Shown here in pieces: positions 1 to 11,835 of a DNA stretch of 64,000 nt. The notes under the pieces are model-generated. The model did not search any database and had not been told where the DNA came from. It worked only from the letters and a program-made list of their open reading frames with translations. The first letter of the stretch is position 1; every line of letters begins with the position of its first letter. Source of the stretch: Antedon mediterranea (taxonomy: Eukaryota; Animalia; Echinodermata). A program made the position numbers and the translations under genes. The DNA lies in NCBI RefSeq assembly GCF_964355755.1, contig NC_092673.1, positions 9,982,001 through 10,046,000 on the forward strand, given 5' to 3'.

Positions 1-40
1 TAATTCCATTCAGGAATTGTTTTGAATTTTGAAGTTTAAA

Positions 41-605
41 TAAAATGTATACTGTATATTTGGATACTGTGTCTTGTTTCATTTGATAAGTCTAGATTGT
101 TACAAAAGTGATGAGTGTTGCTCTGTTACTCGGTATTCTTCCTGTCACATGTCCAACTGAGTTAAAACATGTGCAATGTTATGGTTAAGATATTAAGGTT
201 TACAAATACTGTACTATCTTAATTTTTTGTTAAATAAATTTATAAAATGTATACTGTATATTTGGTTACTAATGTCTTGTTTCACTTAATAAGTCTAAAT
301 TGTTACAAAAGTAACTGTTGTTGTTTGGTATTCTTCCTTTTACATGTCCAACTGAGTTAAAACATGTGCAATGTTATGGTTAAGATATTAAGGTTTACAA
401 ATACTGTACTATCTTAATTTTTTGTTAAATACATTTATAAAATGTATACTGTATATTTGGTTACTAATGTCTTGTTTCACTTAATAATTGTTACAAAAGT
501 AACTGTTGTTGTTTGGTATTCTTCCTTTTACATTTCCAACTGAGTTAAAATATGTGCTTAAGTTTTCGGACTCGCATATGTATGGACAAGATTAAGGTTT
601 ACAAA
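41..605. repeat. Tandem repeat, about 3 units of 195-202 bp
   Basis: TAAAATGTATACTGTATATTTGG recurs at 41, 243 and 438 with matching downstream sequence. Confidence 0.85.
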
Positions 606-692
606 TACGGGAAAAAAATTAATTTGTTATTTTTTTAATCATTATACATTTGTTATTTGCCAATAAGATGAATTATTGTTCTGTATCTGTAT

Positions 693-2020
693 TTTAGCCA
701 GAAAAGATTAGATTTTTAATTTCTGTAGATTTTAAGTATCTAAATTAACAGTAGTTAATTTATGTAGATTTTTAATAGCCAATTTATATGTAGATTTTTA
801 ATAGCCCAATAATATCTATATGTAGATTGTTAATAGCCCAATAATAGTTATTAATAGCCCAATAATATCTATATGTAGATTGTTAATAGCCCAATAATAG
901 TTATATGTAGATTTTTAATAGCCAAATAATGTAGATTTTTAATAGCCCAATAATAGCCAAATAATGTAGATTTTTAATAGCCTAATAATAGCCAAATAAT
1001 GTAGATTTTTACTAGACAAATAATAGCCATTTTTAAGTAGATTTTTAACAGCCCAATAATAGCCAAATAGTGTAGATTTTTAATAGCCCAATAATAGCCA
1101 AATAATGTAGATTTTTAGTAGACAAATAATAGCCATTTTTAAGTAGATTTTTAATAGACCAATAATATCCAAATAATGTAGATTTTTAGTAGACAAATAA
1201 TAGCCATTTTTATGTAGATTTTTAATATCCCAATAATAGCCAAATAATGTAGATTTTTAGTAGACAAATAATAGCCATTTTTATGTAGATTTTTAATAGC
1301 CCAATAATAGCCAAATAATGTAGATTTTTAGTAGACAAATAATAGCCATTTTTATGTAGATTTTTAATAGCCCAATAATAGCCAAATAATGTAGATTTTT
1401 AGTAGACAAATAATAGCCATTTTTAAGTAGATTTTTAATAGCCCAATAATAGCCAAATAATGTAGATTTTTAGTAGACAAATAATAGCCATTTTTATGTA
1501 GATTTTTAATAGCCCAATAATAGGCAAATAATGTAGATTTTTAGTAGCTGAATAATAGCCAATTATTTAGTAGATTTTTAATAGTATAATAATAGCCAAA
1601 TAATGTAGATTTTAAGTAGACAAATTATAGCCATTTTATGTAGATTTTTAATTGCCAAATAATAGCCAATTTATACAGATTTTTAATAGCCCAATAATAG
1701 TCATTTAATTAGTAGATTTTTAATAGCCCATAAATAGCAAATTAATGTAGATTTTTAAAAGCCAAATAATAGCCAATGAAGAATCCATTCTAGATAGATT
1801 ATTGGTAGTCTAATAATAGTTGTATTTAGTAAGTGTCGCCTACTAATATCATCGCGAAATATGCTAATGAGGCAAAAATCTACTAACGACTATAAAAAAT
1901 CTATCAAATATCTATCTACTAGTAGGTGATAAATAGGCGACAGCTCTATATCTACTAAGCCGGATAGACTATAAGGCTAACCGCTATAGAGCTATAACTA
2001 CTAAGACTTTTTGTTATGGG
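693..2020 (-). mobile_element. End of a non-autonomous DNA transposon with CCC terminus and subterminal repeats (EnSpm/CACTA-like), inserted in Copia RT
   Basis: Minus strand begins CCCATAACAAAAAGTCTTAGTAG exactly where Copia RT (..REMIGSLI) is cut off. Many TAG/CTA subterminal repeats. The other end is not seen and the inner boundary is approximate. Confidence 0.5.
762..1780. repeat. Minisatellite of GTAGATTTTTA(A/G)TAG..AATAATAGCC units (about 30-35 bp, alternating variants)
   Basis: Dozens of direct copies visible, with no unique spacers. Confidence 0.9.
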
Positions 2021-4823
2021 AAATAAGGCTGCCGATCATTTCACGATAATTTGTCTCATTAATACATTGTCGGTGGAACGAAGTTCAAATTTTTGTTCGC
2101 AAGGGGTGGATCTCGGTTTACACTCTGACATGCCAAGTCTGTCGAGTACTTTTAACAAGTTTTTCTTTTGGTTCATTTTCACATACCCATCGCCTTGCTA
2201 AAAATTAATCCCCAGAAAATATCTTAGTTTTCCAAGATCTTTCATTTTGAATTTTGTTTCCATCATACATTTGAATTCGTTTAAAAACATGTTATCGCTT
2301 GCAGCTATTATCAAATCGTCGACCCAAATTAAAACTATGACGGTACGTTTACTCGTCTTCTTAGTGTATATACAATGGTCCACGGCATTTTGTTTGAACC
2401 CATTTTCACTTAAATAGTCATGCAGAACTTTGTTTCACTTCATACCGGATTGCTTTAAACCATATAATGATTTGTTTAGCTTTAGAACTAGCCTTTCCCC
2501 GGAATCAGATTTTAATTCAAAACCTTCTGGTTGCTCAATGTAGATATCTTTATCAATAGGGGCTTTAAGTAGGCCGTTTTGACATCCATTTGGTGCAGTA
2601 CTAAATTATGTCGTTCTGCTATTTGCATTAGAATGCGAACTGATGTCATGCTAGCAGTAGGGGAAAATGTATCATTATAATCAACATTCTTGATTTGTGT
2701 GTAGCCCTTTGCTACATATCGCGCTTTAAATTTGGTTTGCCCTTCGACATCTTCCTTTTTAGCATAGACCCAACGGCCCCCCACTGGTTTCTTACCGTCG
2801 GTCAATTTTGTTAAAGTGGAAGTGTTGTTCTCTTTTAGAGAACCTATTTCATCTTCCATTGCTTTTGCCCATTCTTTTGCATCAGGCAATTTCATTGCAT
2901 CTTGATAATTTTGGGGTATTGTGGTAATAAATCTATAACAATAATCTACACTCGCAAAAGCGGTGTCCCCATTCTCAAATTCGTTGACATATTCACGTAG
3001 GTGTTTAGGCAATTTCTTATCCCTTTTGGGGTATCTATGTGCTGACTGTAATTCAGGCTCTAGTTCCTTCTGAACTATGTCAACTTCGCTATGGTTTGTA
3101 GAAAAGGTTGGTCCCTCGGGCTTTGGACACCAAATGATATCATCATGGTTACTATTAGGATCATCGGTTTTGGTTGCTTTAGTGCACTTCTGCGCACATA
3201 ACAGCATACAGCCATAATATTTTCGGTAACTTGGATTGTGTTTTAACAAGCACCTGCCCATCTCGAATAGGGTGCGTCATTGGCGCTCGGTAGTGGCGTT
3301 TTGATGCGGCGAGTAAGGTGCTGAGGTTTGATGTCGTATTTTATTTTTCGTCAGGAGTGACTTAAACTCCCTTGATACAAATTCAGATCCATTTTCTGAT
3401 CTGAGGGTTTTAATATTCCCAAAGGGAGCAGAATCAGCTAGAAATTTTTCCATTGCCTTAATGGCGTCACTTTTTGCCTTTAGAAAATATACAAATGCTG
3501 CGCCCGTAAAGTCATCGGTAAAGCACATTGCATACCTAAACCCTTCAGATGAAGTTTGTTGGATCGGGCCAGCTAAGTCACTGTGTACTAGATCTAATGG
3601 TACCAATGCGCGGGCATCAGCCTGTCTATTCCTAGTTTTTACCATCTTTCCCAACAATTTTAACATACAAACTTCACAATTTATGTTAGTACTAACGTCA
3701 CCTTCGATTTTCATCCCTCCAACAACACTTTGTTATTTTATAATATCATCTTTGTTACAATGGCCAAGAATATTGTGCCATTCATGTATTCATTCGCAGA
3801 TTCTACCTTGATCATCAATGAGGTAAATCTTCGCATCTCCTCGTTTCGTTGCAATGTTAGTATATTTCTTGCCATCTGCCAATTCCATACTGTAGTATGT
3901 GCTTCCGGTTTGAAGCACTTTGATTCATCTATAATAATGTGTTTGATGATGCAACTGTATCTACTAACAGTCCATACTTATTAATATCGGTGATGGTTGG
4001 TTCATTCATTTTGAATGCGAACGTGTGGTTCTCATCATCACTTGTATCATTTGTCAATTTTGCATAATCGTTCTTCCTTCTACATTCTTGCGTATTGTGT
4101 GTTGACGTTTTATATGTCTTACACCATCGCTGTGATTTAGTTTGTTTGTTTCTGTAACTGTCTTTTGCTTTATGTCCAGGCTTTTTACATTCGTAGCAGA
4201 TTAGTTGTTTAATTGGATAAGTTTTCATGATGGAGTCATTAACGTTGGTACTCACCATTTTGCTGGCCTTTAAATTCTCTTCATATTTTTTTAGGGAAGT
4301 CTTGAATTCTGATAATGTTGGCTGATTTTCTTTTTGTGTTGTCACTGTGTTTAGCATATCATACTCTTCTTGTAGTCCTTTTAGTAGCATTGACATTAGC
4401 AGTGAGTCACTGACAACTTCCCCTGCTGTTTCCAATCGTTTCTGCTCAAATTACATAATCGGTGGTAGTCTCGATTGCTTTCATCGTCTAAGAACATTAT
4501 TGTGAGTACATTGTTATTACTCTCAGTTTTCCTCTACCTAGGTAATGTTCATGAAGGATCGTTAGCGCTTTACGCCCATCATCTTTAGCATCACGAATAA
4601 TCAGTGATAGCGACCTGTCATCTAGACATTGAACAAGCTCTGCAAAAGCATTTGCATTCTTGTTTGCATCAGGAGGATTTTCATCTCCTGGATTTATTAC
4701 ACCATGCAACTTCTGTAGACGCATATATCCTAAAAACTTAACTTCCCAGAGTTCATACTGGGACTCATCGCCGTTGAATAATATTCTTCTGGGCCCATAA
4801 CCTGTTAGATTAGGAGTAGCCAT
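2021..4823 (-). pseudogene. Copia gag-pol with several frameshifts
   Basis: gag MATPNLTGYGPRR; zinc knuckle CYECKKPGH; protease VDTVAS; integrase VHSDLAGP..LRSENGSEF..PHQN; RT KARYVAKGY, HQMDVKTAYL, YGLKQS, WVDDLII. Confidence 0.9.
4789..4802 (-). promoter_or_regulatory. Copia primer-binding site (half initiator tRNA-Met type)
   Basis: GGTTATGGGCCCAG directly after the LTR-terminal CA; matches the known Drosophila copia-type PBS. Confidence 0.85.
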
Positions 4824-5541
4824 AATCTCGACTTGGAAGCAAACAACAACGGATAAAAATAAGATATAACTCAACAGTGTTACATGAGAACTTGAACTAA
4901 AGTTTATTCAGAACTTCTATTGCAATATATGTACAGTACAATGAAATGTGATTGGTCAGTTAATAACCAGAAAAGAGGTGGGGCATTCCACCTGTTGCAT
5001 GTATAAAGAGTGATATCGCCCTCTATCCGGGGCAGAGGCAACATGGTGGATATATTGTAGAGCACATGTGTTGATATCTGAATAAAGAATGTTGTTAATT
5101 TCAAGGTTATATTGTTGTATGAAGTCTTCAATCATAAAAAACAATACTTAAAACATGGTGACAGAAGTAGGATTATCGTGATATATTTTATAAAGAATTT
5201 GGACATTTTGTGTACGCCTAACGCGCTCTACGCTACGGAGATATCTAGCATGATCGTCCAGCACTATCAGTAACAGTACATTATGCCTCCATGATCAGCA
5301 GTACTTATAACTAGTACCTGTCTCAATCAAGCAGTTTTGTGATTGATTTATTGACGTGGTATAGGCCTAAGACGTATTATCAGTTACGCTGTGTAGTGTG
5401 GAAGCAGTGCCGTTGAAGCAGTATCGAGTGTAGTAATATACTAATACTGTACTATTAAGTAAGTTTATAGTATAATTTGTTAAATTCAGTTTCAATCCAG
5501 GCCTAGATTAAGATCAGTGTGTTTTACCAGTTTTTATAAAC

Positions 5542-6231
5542 ATGTCTGACAATGAGGAACTTCTACCGCCGGATGGAAATTTACCTCCCGCAGGTTATGG
5601 TTTTAAGAATGTTAGGGTTCCTCTCCCTCCCAATATATCTTTAAAAGGAAACATGAAAACCAACTGGCAAATGTTTAAGCAGTTGTGGACATCGTACGAG
5701 TTACTAACAGGTTTAAAAAATCAGGCAATGCAATATCGTGTTGCTACGTTTATCACATGCATTGGTCAAAATGCCCTAGAAGTTCACACAGGTTTACCTT
5801 TTAAAACTGAAGAAGATAAAAGCAATTTAGAAAGCATATTAGATTTATGGGAAGAGTATTGTTGTGGGCAAACTAATGTTATATTTGAAAGATTTTGCTT
5901 TAACAAGTGTAATCAAACTGCATCAGAAACCTTTAATCAATATTTGGTCAAGTTACGTAAATTAGCTTCTACTTGTGAATATGGCAATATGGCCAGTGAC
6001 TTGATTAGGGATAGAACCGTCTGTGGTATTCTGGATGATGATATAAGGAAAGAATTGTTAAATGAAAGTAAACTTACGCTTGAAAATTGTATATCAATTG
6101 TTAAAAGCTTTGAGGCCACAGCGCATCAAGCCAAATCGATGTCACATTCAGATGATGTAAAATATATTTGGCATAAACAGAGTAATACTAAAAAGTACCA
6201 AGAGTACAAGAAGCACTGTAAGTTTTGTTGA
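5542..6231 (+). CDS. Gypsy Gag, truncated at the zinc knuckle
   Basis: NW..FKQLW, FERFCF..CNQ..SETFNQY..L..LASTCEY, LIRDR.VCG motifs. Confidence 0.8.
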   Translation: MSDNEELLPPDGNLPPAGYGFKNVRVPLPPNISLKGNMKTNWQMFKQLWTSYELLTGLKNQAMQYRVATFITCIGQNALEVHTGLPFKTEEDKSNLESILDLWEEYCCGQTNVIFERFCFNKCNQTASETFNQYLVKLRKLASTCEYGNMASDLIRDRTVCGILDDDIRKELLNESKLTLENCISIVKSFEATAHQAKSMSHSDDVKYIWHKQSNTKKYQEYKKHCKFC

Positions 6232-6529
6232 GAAAATAATTGTCCCGTTTATAATAAAAAAATGTTTATTGTGGTAGGAAAGGTCATTTTGAGAGCCAGT
6301 GTAGGGAATTTCAATATCGAAGTGAAAAGAGTAAACGGAGTAAATCTTCATACAAGAAAAAGTCGAGTAAACCTAGTTACAAATATGTATCATTACGGTC
6401 TAATACTTCTGAATCAGATACAAGTGATTTTTCTGATTTTGAAGAAGAATGTTCATTAATTGATGTTTATGAAACAGATAATGAAAATGTAAATAATATC
6501 AAATCCAAAAGTACAAAGTCCGATACTAT

Positions 6530-8796
6530 CTTAGCTAAGATGCATATTTACAAGACCAAAGAACCACTACTCCTGCAAGTTGATTCTGGAGCTTCTTGCA
6601 ATGTGTTTCCATCACAATACTAACCTAAAAATGTAGAGCTGACTAAAACCAATAAAAAGTTACGTATGTATAGTAATGATATGGTCCCAGTTTTGGGCAC
6701 ATGTAACTTAAAGATATATTGTCCCCCTAAAAAAAATATTTTGTTAAATTTTTTTGTTGACAATGTTATTTTAATGTCACATAATAGTTATACACTCTCA
6801 CAAAAAATTGGGTCTGAAAAAAATTTATTTACCTGAGAAAAATGTAATTTAAAGCAAAAAATGGTCAAATTGTCTGGAAGACAATGAGTTTTTGGGTAAT
6901 TTAACTGTTTATTTTGTCTTTTTATAGGTGAAATAATTTTTTCCCCCCGTTTTTTTTCTTATGGAAGTGAACAACTTCATTAAAACTGCAAAATGGCCTA
7001 TTCAAAGTCTGATTTTAAAAATCTTTATTTTTCATGATTTTGGGGGACAATACATCTTTAAGATTGAAAAATCCAAAAAATGGTAAAAGATATATTGTTC
7101 TTTTTATGTAATAAGTAATCAAAAAGGCTCACTGCACAAATTCCCACTACTCGGTTCAACTACAGCACAGCAAATGAAACTCATTTCTATTAATCACGAA
7201 AACATTGCAGTAGTGAATGAGTCGCAAACTAATACGTCAAAGATCAAGGTTAAAGAAGCTATATGTGACAGATATCGCAATGTCTTTAGCGGCCGCGGTT
7301 GTATGCCCGGTAATGTCACTCTTCACGTGGATGAAACTGTCAGATCACACGGCTCCACGTAGAGTACCCTTATCTGTACAACCAAGGCTGAAAGCAGAAT
7401 TAGACAGACTTGAAAGAGAAGGGGTAATCGAGAAAGTAGTAGAGCCAACAGATTGGTGTTCTAGCCTTTGTTGTGTAGAAAAGAAAAATGGTAAATTGCG
7501 CCTATGCATTGATTCTCAGCATCTTAACTGCGCACTTAAACGCAGTCAATATCCTCTCCCTGTGGAGGACATGCTACCTGAATTGGATGGAGTAAAGGTG
7601 TTTTCTAAGGCTGATTTGAATGAAGGGTTTCTCCAATGTAAACTAGATAAGGAGTCCACAAAACTGACTACATTTCAATCTTCTTGGGGTCGTTGGAAAT
7701 ATTTGAGAATGCCTCAGGGCATAAGCCCCGCTCCTGAACTTTTTCAGCAAAAACTAAATCTGTCATTGGATGGTCTCAAAGGCATACACATTGACGCGGA
7801 CGACGTTCTCATCACCGGTCGCGGCGACACAATTAAAGAAGCAACTCGAGATGACGATAATTTAAAAGAATTTCTTGAGCGTTGTTGTAAAATGAATATT
7901 ACGTTAAACAAAGATAAGTTTGAATACAAGTTAGAATCACTACCTTATCGGACATGTCTTGACTGCAAATGGCCTCCAATCGGATCCAAACAAAGTAAAC
8001 GCAGTGATTAATATGCCAACACCTGATTCGCCAACCGCAGTGCAGAGACTGAATGGTATGATTAAATATCTTGCTTAGTTTATTCCTAGTCTATCGCATT
8101 TGAACGAACCATTACGCAGGCTAACTCACAAAAATCAACCTCGGGACTGGTCACCAGACTGTCAAAAAGCCTTTGACAATATTAAACAAGCTCTATCGCA
8201 GGCGCCAGTTCTCAAGTATTTTGATACTAAATGTCCAACTGAAGGTCAAGGTGATGCATCAGAAGCTGGTCTTGAAGAAGGCCTCCCTGTTATGTATGCC
8301 AATAGAGCTTTGACGAGCGCTGAACGTAACTACTCTCAAATTGAGAAAGAACTTTTAGCCAGGTTTTTGGTTTAGAGCGACACCATTTGTACACTTATGG
8401 TCGCAAGATCATGGTCAACATTAGTAATAAACCATTAGCGTCGGTTCCAAAGCGTCTTCAGCGACTTTTTACGAGGCTTCGTCAATATGACGTCGATATT
8501 TGCTATAAGCCAGGTTCACAGATGTACTTGGCAGACACTTTATCAAAGGCGTTTGTTACCGATCAAAGTAATATTGATCAAGAGCCAGAGAACATTCATA
8601 TTACCGATTTTGCAGTTCCTGAGAAGCAGTTAAAAAAAATTCAAATTGCTACTGCAAGTGATACTGGCTTACAGACTGTCAAACGTTTGATCACGTCAGG
8701 CTGGCCAGAACATCGTAGTTTGGTTTCACCAGAGGCCCAGCCATATTTCAATTATAAACATGAACTCTCCATATTGGACAATGTAATATTCAAAGG
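6530..8796 (+). pseudogene. Gypsy pol (PR-RT-RNase H, start of IN linker), frameshifted
   Basis: QVDSGASCNV protease; LRLCIDSQHLN, KADL, RMPQGIS, DADDVL RT; DASEAG..NYSQIEKELL RNase H. Confidence 0.88.
6712..7057. mobile_element. Kolobok-like MITE (346 bp) in the Gypsy protease
   Basis: TIRs AGATATATTGTCCCC / GGGGACAATACATCT flanked by TTAA on both sides; removal restores GTCNLRLKNPK. Confidence 0.8.
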
Positions 8797-9070
8797 CCCT
8801 ATAAAAAAAATCGTCGGGATCCCGTCGGTATCCCGCAGGATTTTCGGGCGGTATTCCAGGATTTTACCGGGATCCCGATAAAAATATCCCGATTTTTTGC
8901 CACCTTTTAATCGGGATTTTTGCGATATTCACAGCCGGGATCCCGGTCATCCCGCGGGATTTTTGGGCGGTATTCCCGGTTTTTACCGGGATCCCAATAA
9001 TAAAATATCTCTTTTTTTGGCGAAATTTTAATCGGGATAATGCGCAAAAACGAACGGGATTTTTAACCGG
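8797..9070 (+). mobile_element. Terminus of a CCC-ended DNA transposon with CGGGAT subterminal repeats (EnSpm/CACTA-like); body may extend to about 17400
   Basis: CCCTATAAAAAAAATCG starts where Gypsy pol (DNVIFKG) breaks. Repeated CGGGAT/ATCCCG here and again at 17270-17400. Confidence 0.5.
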
Positions 9071-9755
9071 AGTACTAATCTTGGCCTACAGTATGTCAAA
9101 TTAATACAAACAATATAATTGTAATTTTAAGAGTTTTTAGTTAGCAAATCCCATTCCATAAAACAATGAATGCTTAAAGCTGTCGTCAAGACAACCACTT
9201 TCCCCTAGAACTTCCCACGCCTAAGAGTGGAGTCAGTTTCTAAATATAGATATTGGTACCTGCTCTACAGTCTTCACAAAGAGATTCCGACAATTAAAGC
9301 CGTCCGACACACCAGACCACGTGACTGTGTCAATGAACTGAACGAGGAGACTGCTGAATTCCTTTCTATGTTGACGCTTTCAGGCTTACAGTATAATTAC
9401 GGTAATATTCGAATAATTTTGCAGGAGGGGCGTTTACTCAACGAAAGCGTTTATTTTTTTGGTGTAATAACATGGTACATGTATAATCAAATAGCCCCTA
9501 TGAAAAATTACAACACAATTAATATAGAAGTGACAAAAAACAGTAAAACTTGTATCAATATGCTTTGTAAATTGTAGATGAATGAATTCAATAGAAATGT
9601 GTTGCAATAGAATATTGTTGTTCCCTATCCAAATAAATACGGTAATATGAAAATAATTCTTTTTCCACTATAAAATACACATAATACACATTATATATAT
9701 ATATATATATATCTTTTATTCCTGTCCACCCAGGCAGCACTTGCCAGCTTTATAC

Positions 9756-10147
9756 TGTAACGTTTCCCTGCCTCGTTGTTAGCGGGTTCGGCGTCGGTGT
9801 TATTCCGATGACGATAAGTAAGTAATATGACGTACAGAAGCACAAACTACAATCTGTTACGAATTCAGGGCGTGTTTTATTCTTTTCACAACTGATAATA
9901 CAGTACACAATAGAAATGATATTCTTATGCCCTACCTAATAATTGCGTGTAACTTCAGGTACAAAGTAATTCCTAGTATGGATTGGATCAGATAATTTTT
10001 AAGCCTATGACTCTTCCTGTTCAAGGTTGGAGCTCCACTGCCTCACATGTGGGTTTCTTCCTCTTTAGATTACAAATCCACCCACCAATCAGAAGCCTCC
10101 TAAGAGGACTACTCCATAACAATAAGAGGGGTATCAAAATCGTTACA
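9756..10147 (-). repeat. 3' LTR of Gypsy 2
   Basis: Direct repeat of 15343-15734. Confidence 0.95.
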
Positions 10148-10371
10148 CTGCCCCCCCTCCCAGAACGATTCGTCCCCTGAATCGTCAATAAAAAAAAATA
10201 AAAACAAAAGCAAACAAACAAAACTTAGACAGAGGGTCCTACTATGCCTCTGCCAAATTCCTTAAGGGATTAAAAAAACCTAGCTAATCCAACAAGTATT
10301 CTTCTGTCACTTCCTCCACAAGGCTGACACTTCCGTCTCGGTAATGTGTGAGTTTCTTCTTTTTGATTACT

Positions 10372-11835
10372 TTAATCTTGGAGAAACCGTGCAGGACGGT
10401 TCCTCTGTCGCCTTTTCGGATAGCGGGATGAGTTATCTGGTTCGGGTTCTGCCGAGCCTGACGAGTCTGGTACCTCAGGGATAATAAATGTGTGCCCTGT
10501 ATTTGCACTTTGATCTGGTTCTGTATGGACATTCCCTCCCCCCGGTGTAGCCCAGCACGTTCCTGTAACGTTTCCCTCATAGACTTTGAGGAGGTCGAAG
10601 TGAACTACCCGGTACTTCCCTTTGGGACTTAGCTGGATCCGGTACGTTACTTCCGACATCTTTTTGCAGATCAGGTATGGACCACGCCAACGACTCTCCA
10701 GTTTTGGAGAGACTCCTTTTCTCTTGGTTTTGTCGTACATGAGTACAAAACTTCCCTCGTTCAAGGAAGGTCCACCTGCCAATCGGTCATATAACCGCTT
10801 ATGCCTCCGGGCGCTCTTCTTCAATGCTTCTCGCGCACGTACAGCAGCCAGCTGCAGTTGCTTTCGGGTACTTGTCGCCAGATCGTCCGTCTCGTCTACT
10901 GCTACGGCATCTGCCGATTCAACAAGTAGATCTACGGGTACAACAGCCTCTCTACCAAACATCATCATGAATGGGGTTTCTTCCGTAGACTCCTGTGGGG
11001 TTGTTCGGTACGCAAACGTCGCATACGGCAAAACCTCGTCCCACCGACTCTGATCGGAATGTGCCTGCATCATGATTGCTACCACATCCACTAGTGTTCG
11101 ATTAAAGCGTTCGATTAAACCATCAGACTTTGGATTATAAGGTGTTGTTCTGGTTTTGTGGGTGCCAAGTAATTTACATATCTCTGCAATAACAGCCGAC
11201 TCAAAGTTCCTACCCTGGTCGGAGTGTATTTGTTTAGGTACTCCGTATCGTAGCACGAATTCCTCTACCAACTTTCTAGCCACCGTCTCTGCACATTGAT
11301 CCGGAATCGGATAAGCTTCCATCCATTTGGTTAAATACTCGCCCACCACAAGCACGTACTTATTACATTTAGTCGACTGGGGCAAGGGTCCTAGGATGTC
11401 CATTGCTACTCGTTCCGTTGGTTCATGCACTGGCCACTGCTGGAGGGGAGCCTTCCTGCGCTGGGGTGGGGTTTTCTGTTTGGCGCATGGCCCACACTTT
11501 CTGACATGTGCTCGTACGTCTAGGTGCATCCTGGACCAGTAGAACTTTTGTTTCAATTTTCCTAATGTCTTAGTTACCCCCAAGTGCCCACTGGTAACAC
11601 CCCCATGCACCTCGTCCATCATCTGGGACCGGAGGTTACCTGGCAGCACCACTTTCCACGTACTGGTACTTCCGTCATCGCTTTCCCATTTTCTGCACAA
11701 AGCTCCACCTCTAATTTCTAACAGGTCCCATAGTAACCAATATGCCCGATTTTCAGGAGACACGTCCGCCCAAGCGGGCCTAGCAGTATTATTTTCCTTG
11801 GCGTGGTATACCCATGCGATGGATTCATCCTGCAA
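10372..11835 (-). CDS. Gypsy integrase, frame-separated from RT-RNase H
   Basis: HHCC zinc finger, VAMDILGPLP, IHSDQGRNFES, ERFNRT, GPY motif. Confidence 0.9.
   Translation of the reverse strand: MQDESIAWVYHAKENNTARPAWADVSPENRAYWLLWDLLEIRGGALCRKWESDDGSTSTWKVVLPGNLRSQMMDEVHGGVTSGHLGVTKTLGKLKQKFYWSRMHLDVRAHVRKCGPCAKQKTPPQRRKAPLQQWPVHEPTERVAMDILGPLPQSTKCNKYVLVVGEYLTKWMEAYPIPDQCAETVARKLVEEFVLRYGVPKQIHSDQGRNFESAVIAEICKLLGTHKTRTTPYNPKSDGLIERFNRTLVDVVAIMMQAHSDQSRWDEVLPYATFAYRTTPQESTEETPFMMMFGREAVVPVDLLVESADAVAVDETDDLATSTRKQLQLAAVRAREALKKSARRHKRLYDRLAGGPSLNEGSFVLMYDKTKRKGVSPKLESRWRGPYLICKKMSEVTYRIQLSPKGKYRVVHFDLLKVYEGNVTGTCWATPGGGNVHTEPDQSANTGHTFIIPEVPDSSGSAEPEPDNSSRYPKRRQRNRPARFLQD

Larger units (their letters stand above)
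2021..4992 (-). mobile_element. Ty1/Copia LTR retrotransposon, degenerate; 3' part interrupted and 5' LTR cut by a Gypsy
   Basis: Domain order gag-PR-IN-RT. LTR ends ..CTAACA (4803) and is followed by the PBS. Minus-strand AATAAA at about 4903-4908. Confidence 0.92.
4993..8796 (+). mobile_element. Gypsy LTR retrotransposon 1, 3'-interrupted, inserted in the Copia LTR
   Basis: LTR TGTTGC..AAAACA (4993-5155, start inferred) with AATAAA; PBS TGGTGACAGAAGTAGGAT (5156-5173, tRNA-Leu-like); gag then pol. Confidence 0.88.

Noticed and set aside
762-1780. CRISPR-like periodic array
   Set aside because: No unique spacers, degenerate units, no cas genes, eukaryotic context; it is a minisatellite
4803-4876. 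74-bp TG..CA segment as a complete Copia LTR, with the Gypsy LTR starting at 4878
   Set aside because: A minus-strand AATAAA at about 4903 indicates the Copia LTR continues; 4993 fits better as the Gypsy LTR start
9227-9577. 116-aa ORF as a host gene
   Set aside because: Non-ATG start, no recognisable domain, lies within a probable transposon body
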